A stretch of 63,553 nucleotides of DNA, filler included, from Sphaeroforma arctica JP610 (taxonomy: Eukaryota), in assembly GCF_001186125.1 (NCBI RefSeq). It is 7 parts of 2 records of this genome, joined end to end, with 100 filler letters (N's around TTAATTAATTAA, not from the genome) between each part and the next. Parts side by side here need not be neighbours in the genome. Positions count along the whole stretch, not along the records: positions 35,222 to 44,771 come from NW_014040521.1; positions 44,872 to 57,469 come from NW_014040521.1; 5 more parts are not named here. One strand, 5' to 3'. Made by a program: the position numbers and the translations under genes. The notes beneath the pieces were generated by a model. The model saw nothing but the letters and a program-made list of their open reading frames with translations. It did not search any database and was not told the origin of the DNA. The stretch's first letter is position 1. Each line of letters opens with the position of its first letter. Of this stretch, positions 41,043 to 55,213 are shown piece after piece.

Positions 41043-44000
41043 GGGCATATTGGTAGATGACCTTTACTGTGTTTTGGTTACCTCCAATTATATTCGACAG
41101 CGACACGTACATATGACAGAGGCATACATATAACGAAATCTCAAAATGTATAACGCCGCTTCATCGGTCTGGATAGTCAAGAAGCTTTCAGATCTCTTTG
41201 GGTTAAGTAGTTGTTGAATCGTATGGCGAATTGACTATCGACATCATGGCACGCGATACTGAGTCTCGACACACACTTTAAACTCTAGTATGCATGTGAA
41301 TCCTTGGAATCTAAGCTACTTATAGTTAATTATATTTTAAAAGCGACCCCAGGTACCAAAGATAGTTCACTGCCATGATTCGCTTTTAAAATTTACTTGG
41401 ACTCATTTTGTGCTTTGCTTCTGGAATTCTGTTTACGCCGAGATCAGAGCTTGTTAGACAATTATCGCGTTCCGCTTTGTCTGTGGGTACGATTTTACAT
41501 ACCCAACTGAAAAGACGCTTTGGGTTTTAGTACTACTTTATTAGATTGTATGTAGCCCAAATGACACCGTCTGCTTGGGTGACGATAAGTGTAAATCAAC
41601 AACCATCAGAAGAAGAAAAAGCACCAACTGGTAGTGTACATACTGGATGAAGCTAGAGTACTTGTCACTCTGACGGAGGAGATAAGCAAGTCTAGCCGAT
41701 TAAGAGATTGCGCGTAGTAAAGACCCACAAGAGCCACAACTCACAACTTCACGCTCGAGTCTTCTATTTTGTACGAGGCCACATACATAGTACGTTTGTG
41801 ATAGTACGTTTGTACAGAACTAAAATCCAATAATAGCAGCTGTTCCGTAGTATTCAGAGCTTTGATTTCAGCCAAATTGGTTGGGTTTTTAGAAGTTAGA
41901 ATTTGTACCAGATCTGGTACAAATGTACCCATTATTACTAGAGGGGTAAATGTACATTGTCCCACTAAATACATGGTACATACTACTAGACTAGAGAGGC
42001 ACTAATTCTACAAATCCTATCTCGAAAAATTTTCAACCGATTGGTCTGAAATCCAAGAGACGTGCATATTGATGTAGCTTGTAATTAACTCCGATATTGA
42101 AAACTATGAATTTACTGGTTTAAAAACTCAATCATTTCTACAGCTTGTATCATAAACATTAAAAACAGGTGCCTAGATTACTATATAGTAATTGTTCTCA
42201 GTAATCTCACTAACTATTGGACGGCCCTATTAAGCCTTTTTGATGCGTGTTTGCGGTTTGGCTTGTCATTTTTTAGGTGGCTAAATGAAAAGCACTTTTT
42301 TTTCTGGTTTTTTTTTAAAATATAACCCTACAAAACACTGTGACAGTAGAATGGAAGTATGAATCACACTGTTTTGCTTCCTTTATAAAGAAAAACTTGG
42401 TTTGGGAATTTAGGTTGCAAAACTCTTGACTTACGGTCTTTCTCGTGGCTCGCACGGCTGATCTAACCGCTAACGTGTCTTTACATTCACAATAAGACAT
42501 ACAAAGTGCATCTACGGCTTGACACTACTAACTTGTTCTTATATGACCAGTATGGAGCTTGAAAACTCTATCCTGGAATGATCACAAGTCGTTCTAGCTA
42601 ATAGGTGGTGTGTTTATTGTTGTATATGTAAACTGTCTTTTAGCATCTCTGTGTGCTGTTTGACGGTTTATATGTCGGTGTTTTTCACAAGCCTTCTGTG
42701 CACTTACATAACTGCGACGAGAAACCCTTTCCAATATCGTGGTCAGCAGATGATGTTAGAGCATGAATAGACACTTCGTTTGAGCTGTAGGGGTATGTGT
42801 ACGTGTATCTACTGCAAGTATCACATACCACCAGCACTCGCGACTGGGTTGGTGTGTGCGATAATGTATCCAATTGCCCGATGTTAAACGCGTGATGATA
42901 GATTACAGGTACTGCTGACACAGCCAGTGGTTGAGTGATCTGTGGCAAAATGCTCAGGCATTCGGAATTCGTGTTGTTGACTGTATCAGTCCACTCGAGA
43001 CCAATGCCTCGGGTAGCATAGCTCGGGACATTCCCACTCTTTAAGGTTGTGTAGTGATGCACATAATCGTAGCTGATGTTTAATTGTCGTAGCTATACAT
43101 AATATATTCAGCAATGTATACGTAGCATTCGATACTGGTTTAACTTGATACTGTGATTCAAAATCAGCTTCGCGGAGAAGACTACCCCAGAAAACCCCCC
43201 AAACTTGGACGCCAAACTCTGTTACTTTTGTGCACTTAGAACTTGTAGGTTCATGTACACACACTGAATATTCTAGCGATCGTATGATTTCAACACTGTG
43301 GAGCTACAATTAATGGTTCTGCATTATGTCTGAAGTATGCAAACCTACGTACGCAGATCGACCTCTCAGGAACCCAATGTATATTAAATGAGTTGAGAAC
43401 TGTCACAACCAAGACTATCTGTATCCTCGTATGAACACTGTATCCGATTAAATACCTCTGAGCGGTGCTTGCAGTATCTTGCTTTCGCTCCTTTTGTGCA
43501 CATCTGACGCACATAATTAAAGAAAGTGTGAGCACAAGTGGTGGTACACCCATATGTACCGACGCGATCGCCTCCCTATACAACAACACATATCCTCCTA
43601 AATTAAACAAACCACACATGCATAAAATATATTAACCCCTCTCGTCCGTATGGGTGTTTTTGGGCTGTCGCAGTAATTTGCGGTATTCGCATTTGTGTGA
43701 ATTCACTTGATAAATAAAGTATGTAGCAGCCGTAGAACCTCCTTCATCCGGACCGGAAGTGAGGTCATTTTATATTCATACCGATTGTACAGTAGACAAA
43801 ATACGTCCGTTCGTGTTCGTATTCGTAGTACTACCACCTGTGCTGCTATTATACGCAAGTGAACCCTTTCTTCTCAGTTCGTTTTTATACCGTGCTACGA
43901 CTCTCTGAACCACCTTACCAGCGGCGCCCTCCCGCGTACTGATAGGCTTGTACGGCCACACCACCATGCGCAATACCAGACACCTCAGGAGCGTATACCT

Positions 44001-44356
44001 TGATCTCTAATGGATCCTCTCAGCTGACGTGCAGCCACTCGCGCTGAGCGACCATGTCTGGCATGAGACGTACAATTGGGTATAGTCTTGAGAGCATGTA
44101 TATACGTTGTGAGTGCTTGGAGCTGTGTATTGGTCTGTAGGCGCGTGCATGCAAGATGTGTGTATGTTTGTGGGGAGTTCATGCGATAGAGTCTTCGTCA
44201 CAGGGAGATGTGTCCAATGAAAGGGAAGCGTTTCATCTCAACCTGCCAGTTGTTGACCCTAATGTCCATGAAGATCTCGTATATGTGTGTATATATGTGC
44301 ATTAATGGATGTATGGCCCTGGGGCACAATATCTGACACATATCGGACCTATACAC

Positions 44357-44658
44357 CTGGGTATCTCTCTGAGACCAGTGGACTCCGGCACGTACTGGCT
44401 CGCAGATTCGGTGACGTTTTCTGACTCTGGTTCCGTGAACTGCTGTCAACAACTCTGACCAAGTCGATTTTCTGAGATGTAACTGTCTGTCTTTTGAACA
44501 AGGAATACACTCGAAGAGCTTGTATTCCGGTGCGCGCAATCATAAGTAACAGGCCAATTTCTTCTTCTAGCAAGGCTTCATCGTTGTCGCGGGTTAGCAC
44601 ACCATGTGTATAAGTAAAAAGCGCAAGCGTGCACACGACTGTGAAGAATATATCCACC
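44357..44658 (-). CDS. Internal exon of a membrane protein with S3-S4-like helices (stand-alone ion-transport/voltage-sensor-like domain), partial
   Basis: The exon is bounded by cag| and |gt. VDIFFTVVCTLALF..EEEIGLLLMIARTGIQALRVYSLFKRQ shows an S3 aspartate and spaced Arg residues in the next helix. Confidence 0.45.
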
Positions 44659-44990
44659 CTGTGTATTCAGATGGGAGTCAAAGAAAGTCTTAGCGTACAG
44701 ATCACAGATTTCATTTTAGTCAACATCGCAGCCAAGATTCGGACTCACAACGACTGTCCAATATGAATATTNNNNNNNNNNNNNNNNNNNNNNNNNNNNN
44801 NNNNNNNNNNNNNNNTTAATTAATTAANNNNNNNNNNNNNNNNNNNNNNNNNNNNNNNNNNNNNNNNNNNNTATAGTATATATATATNAATATATTGTAA
44901 TATATATGTGTATATATATATATAATAAATAATATATACATATATTATATATAATTATACATGTACATAACAATATACATACGTACATAC

Positions 44991-45027
<37 letters not shown>

Positions 45028-45079
45028 GATCTAATTTAGACTAACCTGGTTCTAAGTTATATTAATATTTATAACTCAC

Positions 45080-45656
45080 CTGAAGAAAAAAATGGAATAA
45101 TTGATAAAGTACTACGATACTTGTACACATACATACGACTATACGTAGGCCAATTGGCACTCACACCACTAATTATTCGTGAAAATATATTGCATTTGTC
45201 ACTTTATCAACTTATTGACTGATATAGCAGTATAAGCGTATGATACGTATACTTAACAAACGACCGTACACACAAGTATCATATCAACTCCTGATACTTA
45301 CATGAACAAGGCGCCCACGATGATGCAGTACAGGTGGATTGAGACCGCGTCCACTATACCGATCACGAACACGGCTAAAAAAACATGACGCGAGAAAGTG
45401 ACGAGATGAAGGAATACGGATGAGATCAAGCTGCGAAAGGGCATTAAAATTTGATTAAAGTGAAAAAAAGATCGGTCATAAAATTGGTGATTTTGACAAT
45501 TTACAGTAACTCATACATTCGACCGCTTGTATTTTGGACAATAGATTATTCAGGCATTGGAACAAGCACAGAGACAGTCATACCAATAGCAACAATGCTA
45601 GCCCATATGTTTACGACCCAGGTGCTAGTCGTTTGTGGGGGAGCTTCGCCTGCCAT
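45080..45656 (-). CDS. Small multi-pass membrane protein, Flower/TVP18-like; first three exons, 3' end lost in the gap
   Basis: In-phase exons 45656-45584, 45374-45302 and 45111-45080 give MAGEAPPQTTSTWVVNIWASIVAIAVFVIGIVDAVSIHLYCIIVGALFITLSIIPFFSS. Confidence 0.5.
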
Positions 45657-46139
45657 GGTGAACTACAATTAACTCTTCGGTAGAGATAGTCTAGATTGAA
45701 TGTGGTCTGTGATCAGCATTCAGAGATAATAGCCTTCTCTCTCGGAGGCTATTAAAAAATATATAAAAATACAAATATTCTTTTGAAGCATTTCTACACT
45801 GATATTTATGATGTCTCCTTTTACCGATACAGCGGAATCCATTCGCAGATATAAATAGTTTTAAATCTGTTGATGAATGCCAGTTGCCACTTGCCAGTTT
45901 GCCACAGTAATATAGAAATAAAGTTCCACATTCCTCACCAGTTTCCACAAGTTTTTTATATATAGATTTTGTTTATATTTTGTTTTACAAAAAACAAAAA
46001 CAATAAAAAAAGATCACAACCTTCTCTCTGACTCTGGTCTGAGTCTCTCTCTCTCGCTCTGTATAGCGACAATAAAAATAGGAAAAGAAATTTTGAAGTA
46101 TGTATAGCTAAAAAAACTGAATCTGATGACAATATTTAA

Positions 46140-46310
46140 GTGGGTACTGTAACTGAACTACTGGACTGTGGCCAGTGGGTACTGTACTACTGGACTGTGG
46201 CCAGTGGGTACTGTACTACTGGACTGTCGCCAGTGGGTACTGTACTACTGGACAGTGGCCAGTGGGTACTGTACTTCTGGACAGTGGGTACTGTACGCAG
46301 TGGCCAGTGT
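46140..46310. repeat. Minisatellite, ~29 bp, about 5 copies
   Basis: Repeated GGCCAGTGGGTACTGTACTACTGGACTGT. Confidence 0.85.
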
Positions 46311-46532
46311 GTTGTGGAGTCATGGACTCGTAGTCTCATAGTCGTGAGTCGTGGCCCCACTGGCCTTGTAGGTATCTGACGACTGACATGGCCTTCTCTG
46401 CGGACATATTGCACCTTCATGCAGACATGATACTGCTCGAAGGATTCAATCCAGAGGGCCATGTGAGTTTAGATTTTATAATATATCTCTACTTACTACA
46501 ACACTACTAGTAGTGAAAGAGCGAAAGGAAGA

Positions 46533-46563
<31 letters not shown>

Positions 46564-46648
46564 TGTGTGTGTGTGTACACGCATGTGTGTGCGTGTGTGT
46601 ATATATATATATGTGTGTGTGTACACGCATGTGTGTGCGTGTTTGTAT

Positions 46649-46687
<39 letters not shown>

Positions 46688-47449
46688 TATGTGTACACAT
46701 ATGTGTGCGTGAGAGAGAGAGAGAGTATTTGTACACGTATGTGTGCGTGAGAGAGAGTGAGAGTGAAAGAGGATTCTGGACTCTGGAGAGAGAGTATATA
46801 TAGTACAAACGATGTCTGCCGATATGCTTCAGGCATAGTACGACCCCTTGGAAGTCTATCCCAATAAACATGAGAACCACAATACGTTCCCGGGGAATCT
46901 GTGCTATACAGATTTCTTGAGATCTAATTACAGGGGGTCGCATTTATTCAGACAATATTCATTTTTCTATATCGAGAGTTCGAGACGGAAGGAGAGAGAT
47001 ATATAGCTCGTGACTAAGACATGGGTGACGTAGCCATGACAATTTGTGCTGCTTTAGTATCAGCGAGCTTAAATCAAGCTTCTTGTGTTGGTATTTAGTA
47101 TCATCTGTAGTTATAGACTCAAAGTCATAGTTTTGGTCCTAGCGACCCAGCGTTATTGTCGCGAGGCTAGTGTTTACATTATCCGATGGAGTATATCCGT
47201 TGCCGTAGGTGTATTCCCATTCGACATGTGAATACACTAGAATAAATACATTTTTCATCATACATAGCCTCCTAAATTATTGTTTTTTTTAACTTGTTAT
47301 GAAATTATACACATTTTTGTCCTGTTCATTTCTATGACCATGCCCCTCAGGATGGCGAGCCGGCCTGCCTGGCCAGTGGCCAGCCTGACCTCTGCCGGTC
47401 TGCCCAATCTCTTCTGTGAGAGAGAGTTGAGAATTTGAGAAGTGGGGCG

Positions 47450-47630
47450 CTGAGACTCTTCAGAGTCCTAATTGAGACTCTTGAGAGTTGAGACCCTCTT
47501 GTAAATATTGTGAGCTGTGAGTCTGACGTTCTGAACTTGAGAGTCTGAACTCTGAAGTCTGAACTTTGAATTTCTGAACTTTGAATTTCTGAACTTCTGA
47601 ACTCTGAAGTCTAAACTCTAAACTCTACAC
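47450..47630. repeat. Short-period (7-nt) repeat tract
   Basis: TCTGAAC/TTTGAAT/TCTAAAC units, preceded by GAGACTCTT units. Confidence 0.6.
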
Positions 47631-48391
47631 AAGCCCACTTCCTACTTCAGTTTTCCTCTCTCTCGTTTCTCCACTTCTCTCTCTTCATGTTGTGGTTCAG
47701 AAGTTATCCTCTCTCGATCTCGATCTCTCCACTTCTCTCTTGTTGTTCAGAACTTCAAATACGTATTTACAAATTTTACACGAGATAACTATATAAGTAT
47801 ATATGTACTGTGTTATTTGATTTTTGTTTTAAAACAAAACATGTTCCATTTAGGAGAAAAAAATCATGAGCGAGCAAAATATGCCAGGGTGGCGCAGCTG
47901 GCGCCACTTGTTGGATCAGGGTTTCTGACTCCTGTGGTTCAGACCGGTTGACGATGAATGCCGATGTTAGGCATTACCAAGCACCAATAGAAATGGAGAA
48001 AGGATTAAAAAATGTCCGAAAGCCACGAGAGCTTTTGCTTTCCATTGAAAGTGAAAATTTCTCATGTTTTTTTTTGAAGCCGACGGCGCAGCGTTCGCCG
48101 TTCAGCACAGTCGCATTACTCGCATAGTGTTCGAAGTTCGAACGCGGACTTCTGGATTTATCAAATATATTGTAGTATGTAGCATATCTATTTTTTTGAT
48201 CTATGCAGTGGAAGTACGTAGCCATAATTTTAATATTTATATATATACAGCCGGATATCTATACCTACGCAGCAGATGCAAGTCAAATTGCATTTTATAA
48301 TACAACGATCGAGATAACTAGAGGGCCGAAATTTTCGACTATACCACATAAATAACTACCTGTCATCCACTTCCCAGCTGCGACATTCGAC

Positions 48392-48835
48392 ATGACGACT
48401 TTTGAGAACTTGACCCCATATGAGCAACAAAACGTAGTGTGGCCCACGAGCGGCGTAATGTTCGAGTCTGTCGAGTTCCCCGACGTTTATCCCTGCAGAT
48501 CTAGGCCCACGGAAGCACAGAGTGTCAGTAGCGTCAGTGAAGCGCAAACGGAAGCAGCACGCTTCAAGCGACAGCAAGCACGCGAAATACAGCAGCGGTT
48601 AGACGTGGAGCAACATCAACAGCAGCAGGGGCTATGGGAGCAACACGAACAGGACCACTGCTATATTCCGAGCATGAACATGGCAGCGAAACAGGCTGTA
48701 GTGAACAAACTTTATCCTGAAGGAAGAAAAGATTCGGGGTTCTCGGACTGCGGGATCTATTCTCACGAATTTCACACATTAGACATCAGTGGAGTGCCAG
48801 CCAGTGGAAGCATCGACGAGCATTGTGAGCGATAG
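48392..48835 (+). CDS. Hypothetical intronless 147-aa protein with a Q/E-rich coiled-coil segment
   Basis: ATG-to-TAG ORF of coding-like composition within AT-rich flanks. No family recognised. Confidence 0.5.
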   Translation: MTTFENLTPYEQQNVVWPTSGVMFESVEFPDVYPCRSRPTEAQSVSSVSEAQTEAARFKRQQAREIQQRLDVEQHQQQQGLWEQHEQDHCYIPSMNMAAKQAVVNKLYPEGRKDSGFSDCGIYSHEFHTLDISGVPASGSIDEHCER

Positions 48836-49338
48836 ATATGTGCTTATAGAGATGAATCTTATAATGTTGTGGCTCATGTAGCCGTCATACAAAGACCAAG
48901 CAGACCACACAAACAGGCGAGTTTCACTCGCAAAACTGCACATGAGAGGTAAATATGAACGGAGTTTTCTACAGCTATTAGATCCGCACAGGTGTGTGTT
49001 CTAAATTATACTTGGAGACCCGAAAGGAACAGGTCAAAGAATCGGGCCTACTAGAGAAGTGAATATTATGACGATCGACTGTACGAGTACTAAAAACAAC
49101 CGGAGTTTGTTCTGCGTCTACTCGTGAAGATCGCAAATACACCATTAAAAAAATAGATATGTAGTGGACCTTACACTGTTCACTTGGTTTTCAATTATTC
49201 GTTTCGATGCATATTTCAGTGTCCTTCTACGATTTTGAATCTACCTGTCGAGACTCACCTCTGTAGACAAAGGCACCGTTTAAAAGGAAGCACGACATGC
49301 GACTAGTTGCTGGTAAACCTATTTTATTTCACCATCTT

Positions 49339-52300
49339 TCACGGCTTGTCTCGTGTGAGTATCGAATCGTCTACTTCAGCAGATACTTGGGTTAAAGTTT
49401 GCACTCGTTCTTTCGGACTCATGAGGAAGATCCGATTATTATCTACCCTCCCAACCATCCAGTGCTCATTCTCCATCATCATTATCTCATTAATTTCAGC
49501 TGTTGCAATTCAAATTGACGTGGTATAGGTAGATTAAAGCAACCAGGGATGTTGTAACAAACAGTGATTGAGATTCTCAACAAAAAAATCAGACAAATTA
49601 AGATAAGTCAATCAAAACAACAATGATAGATAAACGAGAGTGCAGACAGTCAGGACACTTGTATATATATATATATATATGAATATATACATAAATATAT
49701 ATATATATATCGATATAAAAATATTACGCACATATATATGTATGTATGCATGTATGTATATATATTTATATACCTTATACGTATTTATATAAATTTAGAT
49801 GTATAATATACATATATATATGCATATATATAAAAATATATATATATATATTTATATATATATTCATATAGTACATTTGCATGTTATATATATATTCATA
49901 TTGTACATTTGCGTGTGTCGGTTTGCATGCAAATAAATGATAATGACATGACAACTACATTTACATTGACATATATTCGCATAACAATACATATACACAT
50001 ACTAATACACAATGGAAATGTGTCTGCGAATGTAGAATATGAAGTAGCTGTATGCTGTGCATCTATGCAACGTACAGATTGTGATGCAGACTGACGTGTA
50101 TGTGATTTCATGTTCACTTGGATACAATGAAATATAAAGAACACAGCCACAGGGATGATATATGAATACAAGTAGATACTTATTATCATGTGTTTTGCAA
50201 AAAAGGCACTACATGTATACACGTACCAAGTTGTAAAATTGCTGTGAATGTGTATAATTTAGAAGGCGATTCGGTTCGTATATATTTCACTTTCCATCAG
50301 CGCATGTGATTAAATATCTTCACATTCATTCTAACCTTGATGTTGCATCTGCTGAGAACATATATACGCCTCGATATTTATGTACTCGTACTGTGAGGTA
50401 AAGCCATTTGAATTTAAAAACAAATAAAAGCTAAATTTTTTCAATAAGAGCCAACATATTATTCACTTAATATGATTCTCAACTTACAATTGCATTTATC
50501 AACGTGCAATAGCTCAAACAAGTCCTGGAACAGTCGCAGAGACTTCACTAAACCAGCGGCCACTCTACGTCTAGCTGCCGAGCGCGTGGTTGGAGGCAGA
50601 TCAGGCAGCGTGCTTTCCACATGCATGGTATCCTGTTGTGTATATAGATCCGGCCAATAAAGAAATGTTGTATAAAGCCGACATAGCTCCTTGACGGGTA
50701 AGAGGTACAGTCGTACGATAAGACAAACAGTCGTACTGGTGCGCAAACTAGGAAGTGGATACACGAGTTCTAACATGAAACGTGCAAATATCAAAAACTC
50801 ATGGGCTATGAATAGTAGATACCTGATAGTACAGTAAATCCTTTCCGGCCATCAGACTGCTGGAATTCGTGCTTGGAGGTGCTAGAGAGCCTTTGCTGGT
50901 ATAGGCTGATAAACCGTCTAGAAACTTCTCAGAAATTGCCGCCAAATGAATATAGAAATCGTATTCAAAAGCAAGGTCCTCCGGTATCAAGAGCGCCAGC
51001 CGTATATGGGTTTTCTGCAGTACCACAAGATACACCTCTATATCATCCGTACTTGCACGCCGGCTGTGCACATCGGAATCCTCTGCTGCGTTTTTAATGT
51101 CTTCTTCGCAGTAACTATCATCCCGAACGTCCGCACTGACGTACAATTTCAACGGATTTAATGCAGCGTCACTCGATATGAGATCCGAAGGCCCTGTTAC
51201 AAAGTTGTAAAGATTAAAATAGGCATTTCAAACCACATGTGAATCCGAAATAATCACAGCCATGTCCACAACCTATTCAAAAAAATGAAATAAACCTCTC
51301 ATATCGATGATAAGATAACTAGGAAAATTTTCGAATATTCAAAATATATGGGAGGGAAAAGGAGCTGAAATAATAGAGTACAAGACTATGATTTGGAAAC
51401 CTGTTATCGCGTGCCTAGTATATAGCGCCAGGTGCGCGAGTTGTCATTTGCGGTTGTCACCGGCATGCCTACTTGATTTGATGTGAGGAGATCGTAAATC
51501 AATGCTGTGACTTCAGCGGGGAGACTGGTTTCCAGTAGCGTGTTCTACGGGTGAGAAAAATATGAACAAAAGAAAAAATCAGCTACAGATTTTGTTGATA
51601 TTTACAGCCGAGCGTTGTCACTTCACAGCTTTAGGATGAAAACGAGCGGAATAAGAAAAATCAGGGGATGTATCAGACTTTGGGGTGTATCTAGAAAGCT
51701 TGTCGATGTCTCAGTCCGATCCAATTGCGAAAATACTGATGGTAACTTAATATCACGCTACGGAAGGTCTACAACTTACGCACTTGCTTTCTTCTAGCAA
51801 TTGTCGCAAGTTAGACCATATAAATGTGGTATATTTATGCATGCCAAAGATTGTAATGGAGAATATGTAGCAGCCTGAATCTTCAAAGCCGACACACCTC
51901 AGACATGATCATCAAGCCGTACACATCCGGAAACTCTGCCTCGATCTCGCTGCCCATTGTGATACAGTCCATATGCAGCCATGAAGGTAGGCTTAAAATC
52001 TGTCAACACGGAGTGGTGAGGATGTATTTGAGTGAACTATCCTGTTCTGATTGTCGTCTAATAACTACCAGCACCAAGGACGCTCGTGCAAACATGCTCG
52101 CAGTCAGAACCATGTGTCATCACGCATAACAATCGTATTAGAACGAAGAATAGCAATAAGATATGATGCATCACGTACGCACCTCTACGCCACCAAAGCA
52201 CTTGGTGCCAGAAGTGTCATCAAGCGCGTTGTTTCGTACATACGTAAGATAAAAAGACTTAAGCACCGCTCGCAAGCCAGGCAACCCATCCCTCGCACAC

Positions 52301-53356
52301 AGATCATCCATATTCCCGTGCAATAGTCTGAGATTTGGGTATCGGTGAGATCAAAATTGGCGATCAGAAGAACAAAGCGTTTTATTAGATCGTCCCATTG
52401 ATACGGATCGAGGTAATGGTAGGTTCCGTATCTCAAAGTTTTTGATTTACTGGTGCGAAGTGCAACTAGACCACTTCATACGATTTCCATTGTAAGCATA
52501 CTTAGCAAAGCACATGGGTGTATGCACCGGCGTATTGCCAACTTCTCAGAAGTACAATCACCAGACAAACTCTCTTAGACAAAAACGAAATATTCGTTTA
52601 CCTGAACATATCCCGTCCTTCCGTAAGGAATCTTCGCAGTCGGGCATTTGACATACACTCCACAACTTGTGGGCTTGGTGAGTCATTGTCAGGTGCTGGA
52701 GTTTGTAGTGTATTCTGTGATTCTGCTATTGACTGATCTGCTTCACTGATAAGCACAGACACGCCCCACCAGTAACCCTCTTCATTGTGAATGAGAGCCA
52801 TCAGACCATGGTCAGTCTCTACGAACGATACTGGCCTGTGTGAACAAACGGGTAGGATGAGAAAAAAATAAACCNNNNNNNNNNNNNNNNNNNNATATAT
52901 ATGGTATTGTGTAGGTATATGTGTACCTTTTCTATACACGAATAAACCAATTCCCAATTCTTGGAATTGACCAACGCACATACCTTGGGATACTATATAG
53001 ACATAGATATGTGTATTTAGCCTGCAAATCATGGTGTAGGCTAGCAATCAACTGTGTCCAACATGCAATACAATACCTATATGGCCATATATATAACACA
53101 CTTTGACAAGGTTTTGTATACCGCTGTTCGCTATATATAAAATACTGCCCTTCCCAACATACTCAGCAGGATGGAATGTCTCTGCGAACTGCACTATGCC
53201 TTGACATAACCCTATATTAGTTAATTGATCAGACAAAGCCGTTGTCGCTGGGTAGTAAAACAGTATCTTCTCATGCTCGGAGTCCTCATGGGGTCCAAAC
53301 TTTTCATTAAACAGGAAGAAATTGTTGATGATTCGCTCTTGCTTCTCGCCTGCCAT
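49339..53356 (-). CDS. CCZ1: Vacuolar fusion protein CCZ1 (Mon1-Ccz1 Rab7 GEF subunit)
   Basis: Exon 53356-53163 reads FFLFNEKFGPHEDSEHEKILFYYP..NIGLCQGIVQFAETF. Exon 52835-52602 includes EEGYWW. Middle exons near 52450-52310, 52000-51900, 51190-50823 and 50635-50490 are approximate. The last exon (~49499-49339) reads ENEHWMVGRVDNNRIFLM..TGA. Confidence 0.85.
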
Positions 53357-53976
53357 TATGTACACTCACGTACTTTTTCAACGAAAGGCCAGTAGTTGCT
53401 TAAAAATGCCTGACAAAATAGAGTACTTATGCACGCTATCTGATAATGTGGTAATCCGGGTGACCTTAACAGAGTTCAGAATATATTTAAATAGCCCTAT
53501 CATGCATTCCTGGATGTACACCCTTGGTCATTGCAGGAGGCCGGTGAAGGACACCATTGGCAGAAGACCAACTCAATCAAAGCTGTGAAACTTGAGAAGT
53601 CTCAAACTACTTCGCTGCAGTTACATGTGCGCTATGATGCGCTCTTCTATTATTAATTGCTACTATAAACTACTGCAATAATGGTACAAATACCATTGCA
53701 AATAGCAATAAGTATATTAAATATATGTATTGCTATAAATATACATAAATTGTTAGCATAGCCTCCTGGTTGAATTTTTAGTACAGACTTTTTTAGTACA
53801 GACTACAGACTCACAGAGACCACACTCTAAAATACGAACAGATTCGTTTGGTTTTGTGATTTGTCGTCAACTCGTCATTGTTTACACAATGTAGCCGCCA
53901 TTGTCGGGCATTGCCCATATAAGGATACTTTTCTATACGTAAGGCTATAGCCTGAAGCAAGAGACCTACTAAAGAA

Positions 53977-54306
53977 CACTTTAGGATCGCTTGGCCTGCA
54001 GAGTCCAATTGTCCACTTACAGTCTTTACACTGCGTATTTTAAAGTACAACACTTTTAGGATCTCTTGGCCTACAGCCTACAGTATTACAGTCCTATTGT
54101 CCACTTACAGTCCTTACACTGAGTATTTTAAAGTACAACACTTTTAGGATCTCTTGGCCTACAGCCTACAGTATTACAGTCCTATTGTCCACTTACAGTC
54201 CTTACACTGAGTATTTTAAAGTACAACACTTTTAGGATCTCTTGGCCTACAGCCTACAGTATTACAGTCCTATTGTCCACTTACAGTCCTTACACTGAGT
54301 ATTTTA
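53977..54306. repeat. Tandem repeat, 88-bp unit, about 3.7 copies
   Basis: Near-identical units start at 54051, 54139 and 54227, with a diverged copy from ~53977. Confidence 0.92.
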
Positions 54307-55213
54307 ACGATGTGTGGCCTACGGCCTGACAAATTACAAGGAGACACGGATTATTTATCAAGTTATCAAGTTGTCAGTGAGTAGCATACATAAGTTGTCA
54401 GTAGCATACATAGCTTACCAGTAGCATATGTACGTGCCATCAGTATACATACGTCAGCAACATACACACGTTGTCAATGGTATACATAAGTTGTCAGTGG
54501 CGTCATGGGGATTGTGCGTTTAGGAGCGAATGCAGAGTTTTATGTCTATTAGGCAACATATTGTTTTGTTTGACCTATTCGAATAGCACATATTTTCTGT
54601 TCTGAAACACAAAATATCGTTATACTTGAACTGTTCAACCGTACATTGTATTGTTCTGCCATGCAATGTATCGTCCTGTTCGGCCCATCTAAACACGTAT
54701 TCGTTCTGTCCTGTAGTGAACCTGTGTAGAAGAGGGAAGTGTATTTATATAGCTGCTGCTGTCTGCAACGCTGATACAGCCCTTTTTTCTTCTTCTTAAA
54801 TGTGTGTTTAAGACTACAAGTGCACGTAATTCTGAAGATGGCAACTTCAAAGCTTTCAAAATAACCCCGAGTAGCCAGTAGATCTTTGTTGTCGTAGTAC
54901 CTGTATATACTAAAGAACTCTAAGGTGGTAACTTCGATGAGTACACTTTAAGGCTCTTAAAGTAAACCAATCAGCCAGTAGATATGTATTTGACGTAGTA
55001 CGTTTATAAATTGAAGCTGTGAGGCGATAGCTTTCGGCTGGTGCGTGGAATAATTCTGGGGGTGGTTTTCACATGCGGATATTCACTCTTTCGTGGGCAG
55101 TCGAAGGTGCAGGCTTAAGTGTTGACTAGAGTGATACTAAATGCTACAAATAGTTCGTTGCTATGCCGCGGGACAGCCGTTCTCAAATGAACATATCTTT
55201 ATAATGATGTATA

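Noticed and set aside
41700..43700. Several 60-125-aa minus-strand ORFs
   Set aside because: No recognisable domains or consistent splice chain.
48730..48750. DSGFSD as a beta-TrCP phosphodegron
   Set aside because: It does not match DSGxxS exactly and is too short to be significant.
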